Below, one piece after another: positions 1-7,778 of a stretch of DNA of 32,000 bases (position 1 is the stretch's first letter; each line of letters opens with the position of its first letter). A program made the translations under genes and the position numbers. Under the pieces are notes generated by a model. The model ran no database searches, was not told the DNA's origin, and saw only the letters and a program-made list of their open reading frames with translations. Where the stretch lies: positions 1,170,001-1,202,000 of the forward strand of contig CP008936.1 of assembly GCA_000743035.1 (NCBI GenBank). The letters run 5' to 3'. The stretch comes from Candidatus Paracaedimonas acanthamoebae. Its GTDB lineage: Bacteria; Pseudomonadota; Alphaproteobacteria; Caedimonadales; Caedimonadaceae.

Positions 1-32
1 TGGGACAAGCCCAAGGATGACAGGATAAGGTG

Positions 33-1066
33 GTCATTCTCGGGCGTGTCCCGAGAATCTCAAGTAACCGATAGGTCTCACCCATCACCACTCGATGCCT
101 GTCTTCTTCACACTGCGCCTCTCACGCACAATGAGGACTCTTCTCTGGTACCTTTCAGCATCTCTTTGTTGCCTGAGATCCCCGCCTCCGCAAGGATGAC
201 AAAGAAGAAGCCAGGGCTGACAAAAGAAAGGATTTTTCCTCTATCGGAGCCTTTCCATGACTTTCCTCGTTTCAAAAGGTAAAACCAGAAAAATTGTCCT
301 CTCGTTGTCACTAACTTCACGCCTTTTCTTTTCCAACTCGTGCCTCTCACACACGGTTGAGGACTTCCTGTCCGTCCCCTTATTTGTCATTCCCGCGAAG
401 GCGGGAATCCATCCTCTGTTTTTCGCAAGCGTGCCTCTCAGGCGCACTTGGGACCTTCTGGCACCTATGCACATCCTCAGGTTGCCTGAGATCCCCGGCA
501 CAAGGCCGGGGATGACCGTGTGGTCGATATGTCTCAAGTTCATCAGTTTTAATTCTTTTGTTTCCAATCATTTTTTCTTCCTTCCTTTATTGTTTTCATT
601 TCTATTTAGTCTTCACCAATGAATTTCAAATCCTTACATTCTCGTCATCCTAGGCCTTGTGCCTAGGATCTCAAGCGACCTGCAGGTCTCTCCTGTCACC
701 ATTTGTTGTCCTTCGGTCCTTCCTGGATCCCCGCGTCTCGCCTCGACGTAGACAGGATCTCAGGGAGAACAAGAGAGAGGCTAGGAATGACAAACCAACA
801 CCTTTCAATCCTCCTTATTTTCCACCAAACCCTCTCCTTTTCCGTGCCCAACTCGGCCTTTTCATCAGGCAAAGAGGGGGCATTTGCTCAAAAAGAGCGT
901 TCATTGGCTTTTAATGAGCTTTTAGGGCTCAATTTTTAATCGGACGGATGGAGGGAATTTTTGAAGAGGATTGAGAGCTTTTTTAAAGGCCCGCAAGGAA
1001 GTAAATTTCATCTCTGACCATCTACTAATAGGCTACCATATCATGATACAAAAATCAAGAAAATTC
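33..1066. repeat. Long composite repeat, copy A (1034 bp = the 721-bp block plus a 313-bp extra segment)
   Basis: 33-148 and 462-1066 match 18270-18385 and 18386-18990 base for base by eye (offsets +18237 and +17924). The ORF track gives identical peptides at 657/18581 and 703/18627. Hairpin modules lie at 36-58, 389-408, 491-513 and 647-669. The region is visibly more GC-rich than the flanking DNA. Confidence 0.9.
149..461. repeat. Copy-A-specific 313-bp segment absent from copy B, with TCTGG at both junctions
   Basis: Copy B reads ...ctcttctctgg|cacctatgc..., while copy A reads ...ctcttctctgg|tacctttcagc...(313 bp)...ggaccttctgg|cacctatgc. The segment carries two more hairpin modules: 171-200 (degenerate) and 386-410 (gtcattcccgcgaaggcgggaatcc). 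Confidence 0.85.
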
Positions 1067-1299
1067 GCCCCAAATATGTATTATTTTATTGTTTTAAATC
1101 AAGTAGTTGAAAGAATATTTTAACTTACCTAAATCTTCCAGATAATATCGATAGTTAGGCGGTTTCGTTCTGCCACCTAAACATTTAAGAATTAAATGAT
1201 GTTTTAGAACTTAAAGCTCTTTTTTTGAAGAGCATCCCCCTTAAGATAAAATATTCCTAAGTTTCTCTATAAGGTCCTTTGCATAACCATAAAAGCCTT

Positions 1300-1700
1300 T
1301 TCCGGCATCTCCTAAACTCCGCTTTCGCGGAGATAACAAGATGAAATCCGAGGATAACAAGAAAGAATGCCTGAATATGCGCTTTTACTTTTCCTCTCCT
1401 CTTCCAGCTCATGCCTGTCACACAATTAGAAGCTTCTGCTACCTTTCACAGCATCCTCTGGTGGCCTGAGACCCCGTCACAAGGCCGGGGATGACGATGG
1501 AGACGTTGCTTATCCTATGTTTTCCTTTCCAACATCCGTTCTTATGTTTTCTTTCTCCCCCAACCTGTGTCATCCTCGGGCTTGTCCCGAGAATCCCAAG
1601 CGACCGGAAGACCTATCCCGGCCCCAATCAATGCCTTTCCTTCAGTATTCTCTGGATCCCCGCCTGTGCGAGGATGACCTAACAGAGCTTTTTTGTCTCT
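1300..1700. repeat. Cluster of diverged hairpin-repeat modules, related to 18075-18385
   Basis: Modules: 1316-1345 (ctccgctttcgcggag), 1464-1495 (gcctgagaccccgtcacaaggccggggatgac), 1569-1613 (gtcatcctcgggcttgtcccgagaatcccaagcgacc) and 1652-1678 (ctggatccccgcctgtgcgaggatgac). The flanks (cttccagctcatgcctgtcacaca, cttatcct..ttcctttccaacat) align at roughly 70-75% by eye with 18090-18270. Confidence 0.75.
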
Positions 1701-2122
1701 AACAACACCATGTTTATTTCTTATTCATCACGCTTTTTTGACATTTTAGGATTACCTATGATGAAAAAAATGAGATATAAAACTTTTATCGCAACAAACG
1801 AGATAAAAAGCAATAAAATCAAGCACTTTTATACTTGCATTTCCAATAAGAGCTCGCTATGATGTTTTTAGATAGGTAGCTGGGGGCTGCCAAAGCGTTC
1901 ACTAAAGATCCTAGCAAGTTAGGGGAGGGAGCTTTAGATAAAAAAACAGGGAAGGCTTAAAGATTTAACATCACCCCCACCAATTTCTTAAGTTTTTCAT
2001 TTTTATGAGTCATTTTAGAAATCTACGATTTGTATAGGGTTTTTCTTACAATTTCTCGTGAATCGATCATATAAAGAAATTTTTCATCCTCATAATCAGT
2101 TAAAATTCCATTGTGATGCAAT

Positions 2123-2155
2123 AAAAAAAGAGGCCTTAAAAGGCCTCTTTTTATT
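2123..2155 (-). terminator. Rho-independent terminator downstream of the 2173-3144 gene (bidirectional shape)
   Basis: The stem agaggcc/ggcctct (2129-2135 / 2142-2148) is flanked by an A-run on one side and a T-run on the other. It lies 20 bp beyond the stop codon. Confidence 0.7.
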
Positions 2156-2172
2156 TTTAAAAATAAAATTCT

Positions 2173-3144
2173 TTATTTTTTGATCGCAAATGCGATTGTA
2201 AATTCGGAGCTAGCCAATCTCTCTGAACTTCCATCTTCTAAATAATAATGCCCAACAAAACCTTCAAAACCTTGAGCGCTTAAAGTATGACTAATTCTTT
2301 TTTCATCAATATCAAGCTTCGCTTTAGCATTGGGATACTCTGCAAGAATATTGGCAATCCTTTGAACGCCGGGAGCAGCAAGCTTATGAGAAGCAAGACC
2401 ACCTTGGATTTCTTCCTTTTGGCGCACAACATCTCCAGCAAGCATTGAATAGCCTAGATCTAATTTTCTCCATTCCAAAGGGATACCCAACAATCTTTTT
2501 ACTTCCTCATAGGTGAGTGAGGGTGGTGCCCCCGCAACATGAGATGGAAGTTTTACTTTCATGACAGGCCCTGTTTTCTCATCTTCCTCTACAAAGGTAA
2601 CCTTTACAGGAATAGGAAGAACAATTTTGCTGGACGCTGTACTTGATGAGGGTAAGTGTGTGGCAAATGGATCTTCATTTTTTACGCTAGGATTTGCTTT
2701 TCGACGACCAGCTTTTGGTGACTCCCTTTCAACACTTTCTTTTGAACCTTTAAGAGAGTGTGTTTTCTTTACAGACTTCCTGTGGGTTTTTGGAGATTTC
2801 GTCTCTTCGGGCTTCTCGCCGAAGGTGGATGAAGAACCATTATTGATACTAGGAGATTCATTATCACCTTCAAGGGAAAGCGGTTGCCAAGGACGAGGAG
2901 TCGATGGTAATACGGGAGCAGGTTCGTCGAACGCTTCTTCATTATTAATTTCTTGATTAGCTTTTTTGTTCGCTAATGCAATATCATCAGGAGTAAAGTA
3001 TCGCGCATCTTTCTTGTTGAGAAAAGAAGGTAAGCTTCTTTGCGCTGTAGATTCTTCTTCTGGTTGTGAAGCCCATAGAGATGCCCCCGCGGACACCGCC
3101 CATACTGACACACTTAAGACAATTTTTTTTGCGACATTTTTCAT
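2173..3144 (-). CDS. Exported hypothetical protein, paralogue family member 1 (323 aa)
   Basis: Long ORF with an ATG start. Signal peptide MKNVAKKIVLSVSVWAVSAGASLWA. The middle is S/P/K/E-rich and low-complexity. The C-terminal region is related to the 4048-5205 product (AKLDIDEKRISHTLSAQG vs ARLSADERRSHSTLAGH). A terminator follows. Confidence 0.8.
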   Translation of the reverse strand: MKNVAKKIVLSVSVWAVSAGASLWASQPEEESTAQRSLPSFLNKKDARYFTPDDIALANKKANQEINNEEAFDEPAPVLPSTPRPWQPLSLEGDNESPSINNGSSSTFGEKPEETKSPKTHRKSVKKTHSLKGSKESVERESPKAGRRKANPSVKNEDPFATHLPSSSTASSKIVLPIPVKVTFVEEDEKTGPVMKVKLPSHVAGAPPSLTYEEVKRLLGIPLEWRKLDLGYSMLAGDVVRQKEEIQGGLASHKLAAPGVQRIANILAEYPNAKAKLDIDEKRISHTLSAQGFEGFVGHYYLEDGSSERLASSEFTIAFAIKK

Positions 3145-3379
3145 CCATGGCTCCTTTTCTGCTATAGTAAAGTCCTTTACTTATAACAGAACTAAACTAA
3201 AATTCAAACAAAAATTGTCAAAATGGTATTTTTAAAACTCTATCAGAAAATGGCGAGAATTTCCTCTAGCCTTCCTTCTTTAATTTGCGAGCCTCCTTTT
3301 GAACAGCAAAAGTGAGACAAATCAAAATGCTAGGGATTCTCTCTGTTCCGATATAAGCATGATAGAAACCAAAATTAGA

Positions 3380-3895
3380 CTACATCTTTGGCCCAAGCGT
3401 ATTCGCATTCCTTTTCTCATCGCCGATTTCTTCGGTGTGAAAGTTGGCCTGTAATGTTCTCACCGCTTTCTCAAATTTACGAAAATCTCCCTGCAAGCCA
3501 ACAAGAAAGCCTTTCATAAACTTTTTTATATCTTCCGCCTTGGTGACAATAAGGCTATCTTTGACCTTATTAACAGCTGGCTTTTTGATTATTTTATCAT
3601 ACCTGATTGCGGTCCTTAAATTCTCGAGGCCTTTCCCTTCATTTCAAGGTCTTCAGGTTGTACGTTGAGATCTTCAGCTTTTGCGTCATAAAAACCAGCT
3701 GTCATTTGTTGGTATGGAAGATAGACTTTATTATATTTTCTTGTTGCATTTCCACCCCCCAACCCTATCCCTTGCTCTCCAGCACAGGCAATAAGAATAA
3801 AATTTCTTGCCGGAGTTCAGCGCTGCTACTTGCAAAAAAGCTGCTACTTGCCAAAGATAAAGGCTGAGAGAAATTTTTTGGCCCAATTCTTTCAT
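3380..3895 (-). pseudogene. Degraded ORF, possibly a former lipoprotein gene, split over at least three frames
   Basis: Minus-strand frames read MKELGQKISLSL..., then ..NFILIACAGEQGIGLGGGNATRKYNKVYLPYQQMTAGFYDAKAEDLNVQPEDLEMKGKASRI*, which has the lipobox-like motif LIAC. The third frame reads NLRTAIRYDKIIKKPAVNKVKDSLIVTKAEDIKKFMKGFLVGLQGDFRKFEKAVRTLQANFHTEEIGDEKRNANTLGPKM*. No single intact frame exists. A 12-nt unit gctgctacttgc is duplicated at 3822-3833 and 3840-3851. Confidence 0.3.
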
Positions 3896-4047
3896 TACAC
3901 ACCTCCACTTCATATTATAGAGCCTGTTTTAACAATAGATGGAAAATGTAAAGCAAGTTGCCAATAAGGCTTTTTATCGCTAAATTTCAGCGTATAGCAA
4001 AGCTCTACTTCATTTATTTTTTTTATAAAAAGACAAGAGTAACATCA

Positions 4048-5205
4048 TTACTTTTTATGATAAAAAGTTAAGCTAAGTACAACCCCCTCCATGTCATACT
4101 GTTTTTCTACAATCTGATACTCAGCTAACTTAGAAATGTGTCCTGCAAGTGTTGAATGACTTCTTCTTTCGTCTGCACTTAGCCTTGCACCTGCATGCCT
4201 TAAGCACAAGTCTTCAATTTTCTTTTGTAGCCCTTCAATTGCATTATTTATTGTAAGAGATTCAACACGAGAAAATGATGTTTTAACAACTTCATTGTTA
4301 TCCTTTATAACCAAATACTTTTTCAAAATTGCAAGAGGTTCTGAATTTCTAAATTTATCAAGGAGAAGAAAAGGAAACAAATCCTCTTCTTTTTTACCTT
4401 TTAACAGACTTTTATAGTTACAACTTAAGTCTTGCCCAGGAAAAAAAACTTTATAAGTCATCCCAGTATGGGGATCATCTCCTGCTAGCAAAAGCAAGAT
4501 GAGTTCCCAAGCTTCTAGTCGAGCCGGCAAAGCAAAAGTCTTTTTAGTCTCTTTCTTTTCCCCTAAGAACTCGTCAAAGAGATTTTGTGCTACATTAGAG
4601 CTCAAATTATTTACCTTCAAAGGCTTTTTCTCTTCTGACTTGTTGTCTAACTCCGTAGGCTTTTCCTCATCATAAGGCTTAATAATCATTGTGACAGGTC
4701 TAGACTCATCTTCTAGTATGTTATTGTTTGCAATAACCTGACTTATTGTTTCTGCTTCGTTTTTACTTTTTGCAGTCGCCTTTGGCTTTTGGACTTTTTT
4801 CGCTTTTGCTCCTTTTACTGGTACTGGCTCTTTCTCTTTTTCCTTCTCTTTAAGAACCTTTAATTTTGCAAGACGAGGAGAATGTCCCTTCTTTTTAGAA
4901 GATGTGGTTGTCGGTGCCGTTATGGTTATATTTTCTAAAGCTTCTTCAGCTTTTTCAAGCTCGTCAAGTACGAACTGTCGATCTTCTAAAGGAGCTATTT
5001 TTTTCATTAGCGCAACACGGTTAAGTTCTTGAGGTGCATGAGGATCAACTTGACTTGATATCATACTTGAGTGAGGTGCTCTATATCCCTTAGGAGAAGC
5101 TTCTTCAAATTCAGAACTCGCTATGAGGCTAGCACTATGCATTAAAATAAAAAGACTATAAAAACTGAAAACAAATGATCTATAAGATACCAAAATAAGC
5201 TCCAT
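4048..5205 (-). CDS. Exported hypothetical protein, paralogue family member 2 (385 aa), lysine-rich
   Basis: Long ORF with an ATG start. The hydrophobic N-terminus ends in ..HSASLIA|SS. It has a K/E-rich stretch (KEKEKEKEPVPVKGAKAKKVQKPKATAKSK). The C-terminus LAEYQIVEKQYDMEGVVLSLTFYHKK is related to its neighbours. No obvious RBS. Confidence 0.75.
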   Translation of the reverse strand: MELILVSYRSFVFSFYSLFILMHSASLIASSEFEEASPKGYRAPHSSMISSQVDPHAPQELNRVALMKKIAPLEDRQFVLDELEKAEEALENITITAPTTTSSKKKGHSPRLAKLKVLKEKEKEKEPVPVKGAKAKKVQKPKATAKSKNEAETISQVIANNNILEDESRPVTMIIKPYDEEKPTELDNKSEEKKPLKVNNLSSNVAQNLFDEFLGEKKETKKTFALPARLEAWELILLLLAGDDPHTGMTYKVFFPGQDLSCNYKSLLKGKKEEDLFPFLLLDKFRNSEPLAILKKYLVIKDNNEVVKTSFSRVESLTINNAIEGLQKKIEDLCLRHAGARLSADERRSHSTLAGHISKLAEYQIVEKQYDMEGVVLSLTFYHKK

Positions 5206-5259
5206 TTAAAAATTTACCAAATTTACCATTAGATAATGGTTTAAGTACTTTTTGCCTCA

Positions 5260-5871
5260 CTAATTAACCTCTTCAGTTTTTTTAACTTTATGAAATTCGA
5301 TCTTCAGAACAACATCGGCTATAGAGGTTCCAGTGAGAGTATATTCAGCTAAAATTATTTTAGGAGAAGATGCTTTCAATCTTTTATGGCCATTTGCTTG
5401 ATCTGTTTTTAGTAAAGACGCTCGTGTTTTTTGGTCTTTCTTAATTTCTTCCACAATATCAAAGGATATTAAGTTCTTCACACCAACTTCAATACTTTTT
5501 AAGCGCGCCTCTCTTCTTGAAAAGACAACCTCTACTCTATCTAAAATATTGACCAAATCTTGAAAATTTATTTTTGTTGGCGTCGAAAAGACCTTCGGTT
5601 TCTCTTTTGACGCAAACTCAGTCCCTACTGTTTTATAATTTTTTTTACCCGAATCTTTACCCTTTTGAGACAATAAAGCCGAAAAAGGATCTGAGATTGG
5701 ACCTAGAGTGCTCGCCTTTCTTTTGGTAGACGGAGACATTCTCATTATATGCTTAGCTGATATATTTTCTTCTCCATATATATCTTCTGCAAGAGAACTA
5801 GTAGCTAAAGCAGGCATTAAATAACTGAAGAAAAAAACAAAAAATGTAAGAACAAAGCTGATTAATTTCAT
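5260..5871 (-). CDS. Exported hypothetical protein, paralogue family member 3 (203 aa)
   Basis: ORF with an ATG start. Signal peptide MKLISFVLTFFVFFFSYLMPALA. The C-terminus LAEYTLTGTSIADVVLKIEFHKVKK aligns with member 2. A GGGAGA motif lies upstream of the start. Confidence 0.75.
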   Translation of the reverse strand: MKLISFVLTFFVFFFSYLMPALATSSLAEDIYGEENISAKHIMRMSPSTKRKASTLGPISDPFSALLSQKGKDSGKKNYKTVGTEFASKEKPKVFSTPTKINFQDLVNILDRVEVVFSRREARLKSIEVGVKNLISFDIVEEIKKDQKTRASLLKTDQANGHKRLKASSPKIILAEYTLTGTSIADVVLKIEFHKVKKTEEVN

Positions 5872-5960
5872 CGAGAGTCTCCCATCCCAAAAGAATATGT
5901 CTCGCTGTGGATAGCTTCACTGTATAAATAAATGACCACAGAAGCAAAACAAATTTTTTA

Positions 5961-5990
5961 TTGACATGTTGTCGCACTTATTTTAAGAAT
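5961..5990 (+). promoter_or_regulatory. Candidate sigma70-type promoter for the 6020-6721 gene
   Basis: TTGACA (5961-5966), a 17-nt spacer, then TAAGAA (5984-5989). It lies about 30 nt upstream of the start codon. Confidence 0.35.
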
Positions 5991-6019
5991 GAAATGATAT
6001 TTCCATTATGGAGTTTAAT

Positions 6020-6721
6020 ATGAAAGCTTTTAAATTTCTTGCTCTATCTGCCGTTGCCGTATCAACAACCTCCGTTTATGCAAAAGAAAAGTTTTCAGAG
6101 AATGCTGAAGCTCGCCCTCTTCGCTCACGTGCAGCAGAGAAAGATCTTTTAGTTCTTTCCGGTCTTAACACTGCAAAAGGTGTTATGAAAACCAAACAGA
6201 TCCTTGAAGATATCTATAAAAAACTTGCAAAGGATCAACGTAAGCAAAGAATCGCAGCAAGAAAAGCAGCTTTAAAAAAAGCAAGAATGGAGCAAAAGGA
6301 AAAGCTTGCTATTGAAGCAAAACTTAATGCGATTTCGAAGCTTCCTGCCGTAGTTGATACGCTGAATGTTCCAACAGCGATGAAACTTTTGTTTATGTAT
6401 CCACAAGTCCAGAATCCAGATCTTGAAGAGGCCATTGTAAATAAAACAAATGCTCTTATGAGACGCCGTAAAGATTCAGTTGCGATCGATAGAAAAGCTG
6501 AATACATTAATAAACTTGACGTTTATTTTGCCGAGGTCGAGCAGGATTCAAAATATTGGGCACTTGGTAATGATGGCTACCGTCACGTTGTAAAATCAGT
6601 AAGTCGCCCTCATGTTGAGAAGATCTTCTCTGAGAATAGTTTCTCAAAGCCAAAAACACGCCTATTCGCAAAAAGAATGAAGGTATGGGAAAAGAAAGAA
6701 AAGGCCGCGGCAGCTGCGTAA
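6020..6721 (+). CDS. Exported hypothetical protein, K/R/A-rich and probably coiled-coil (233 aa)
   Basis: The ORF is open from 6008, but GGAG at 6010-6013 sits 6 nt before the ATG at 6020. That start yields a clean signal peptide, MKAFKFLALSAVAVSTTSVYA. A terminator follows the stop. Confidence 0.75.
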   Translation: MKAFKFLALSAVAVSTTSVYAKEKFSENAEARPLRSRAAEKDLLVLSGLNTAKGVMKTKQILEDIYKKLAKDQRKQRIAARKAALKKARMEQKEKLAIEAKLNAISKLPAVVDTLNVPTAMKLLFMYPQVQNPDLEEAIVNKTNALMRRRKDSVAIDRKAEYINKLDVYFAEVEQDSKYWALGNDGYRHVVKSVSRPHVEKIFSENSFSKPKTRLFAKRMKVWEKKEKAAAAA

Positions 6722-6744
6722 GCTTAATCTCATAAAAGTTTTAT

Positions 6745-6780
6745 AAAATCCCTCGTTTTTTTTACGAGGGATTTTTTTTA
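6745..6780 (+). terminator. Rho-independent terminator after the 6020-6721 gene
   Basis: The stem atccctcg/cgagggat (6748-6755 / 6765-6772) is followed by a T-run (6773-6779). Confidence 0.75.
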
Positions 6781-7042
6781 CCCTTTCTCTACTTTCCACC
6801 TTTTGAGTTTTCCACTTGCATATTCTCCTCCTAGAACATTACGCTACAGAAATTATTAAGGAAAATTATGAGCTCTAATTGAATTGCTACTAGATTGCAA
6901 TGATTGACAATGATCCAGGGAGAACATTAACAACGGCCTTTCTCGCCCTCTCACAGCTTCTCCGACACAATATTATTTTTACCGTATCCCATGAAGTTAT
7001 TATGAACAGAAAAGGAATTAAATGCTTAACAGTTAATGGACA

Positions 7043-7098
7043 TAAAAAATAGGCTACTGATCTTAAGCTATTCACCTTATAATTGATCAGCAGCCTAT
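7043..7098 (-). terminator. Probable terminator after the 7122-7640 gene
   Basis: A 14-bp stem with one mismatch, ataggctactgatc (7049-7062) / gatcagcagcctat (7085-7098), with a 22-nt loop. On the minus strand it is followed by TTTTTT (plus-strand A-run 7044-7049). Confidence 0.5.
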
Positions 7099-7121
7099 CC
7101 AAACATGATCGCGCAAGAGAA

Positions 7122-7640
7122 TTATTGAGCAACCCATAAAGATTTTAAATTCTCAAGACGAGCCCGTGTGACAAGATAACCCGCCACAAAATCTTCTGTT
7201 TGTTCTGTGGAGTGCCCTTCTTTCCATTCAAAATGATTCAAGATAAGAGTATAGATCTCATTAACATTGGCAACGAGACTTTTCCGTGTCAAAGCATCAC
7301 CCATTGGAACATGTACCTTTCCTTTGCTAAAAATATCTGCCATATATTTTGCCGTCTTTAATATATGTTCTTCCTTAGTATATTGCTTTAGTGTTTCCAT
7401 CAAAAAGTGGGGAAGCCCATGTTTCAACATTTCATCAGATAATGACATAGTAAGCCCTGGTTTTACTTGAGAGAGATCCAACTTAAGTTCCCCATTCCAG
7501 CCAGCCACCACAGAAGTATGCTTAGATAAAAATACCTTAACTTCCTCTTCACTCATGATCCCCTTCTCAATAGCGTTGGCACCAGGAATACACAACGCAC
7601 AAGACATAACATACGCCAACAAGTGATTTTTTAAAAACAT
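7122..7640 (-). CDS. Exported hypothetical protein (172 aa)
   Basis: The ORF is open to 7676. AAGGAG lies 7 nt upstream of the ATG at 7640, which gives the signal peptide MFLKNHLLAYVMSCALCIPGANA. I recognise no family. Confidence 0.7.
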   Translation of the reverse strand: MFLKNHLLAYVMSCALCIPGANAIEKGIMSEEEVKVFLSKHTSVVAGWNGELKLDLSQVKPGLTMSLSDEMLKHGLPHFLMETLKQYTKEEHILKTAKYMADIFSKGKVHVPMGDALTRKSLVANVNEIYTLILNHFEWKEGHSTEQTEDFVAGYLVTRARLENLKSLWVAQ

Positions 7641-7778
7641 TTTAGTGCTCCTTTTGATTCTAAGACAATCATGCATTCAGTATACCAAACATCTATTAAT
7701 TTAATACTAAAAATGGTAATCAATTATAAGAATAATTCTATTTCTGAGAAAAAGGCTTAACAACACAAAAGCCAATAA

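Noticed and set aside
46-939. ORFs of 78-121 aa on both strands inside repeat copy A (46-282, 108-350, 241-567, 257-622, 657-914, 703-939)
   Set aside because: They overlap one another in several frames and run straight through palindromic hairpins. They give the typical repeat-derived peptides (IPAKAGIH, PAFAGMT, SRLRGND) and are duplicated only because the DNA repeat is duplicated. The one partial exception is the 380-571 mini-ORF with its own RBS, which is reported as a finding.
1-1700. The possibility that the repeated hairpins form a CRISPR array (also 17612-18990)
   Set aside because: The modules occur in both orientations, at irregular spacing, and with differing stem sequences. There is no constant direct repeat alternating with unique spacers of uniform length, and no cas genes are present.
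3444-3913. ORFs 3444-3668(+), 3607-3867(+) and 3731-3913(-)
   Set aside because: The plus-strand ORFs are antisense to the more protein-like, though broken, minus-strand frames. The 3731-3913 ORF is only the first fragment of that degraded gene.
6890-7132. 80-aa minus-strand ORF downstream of the 7122-7640 gene
   Set aside because: It overlaps the 3' end of the better-supported gene and runs through its terminator hairpin (7049-7098). It has no RBS.
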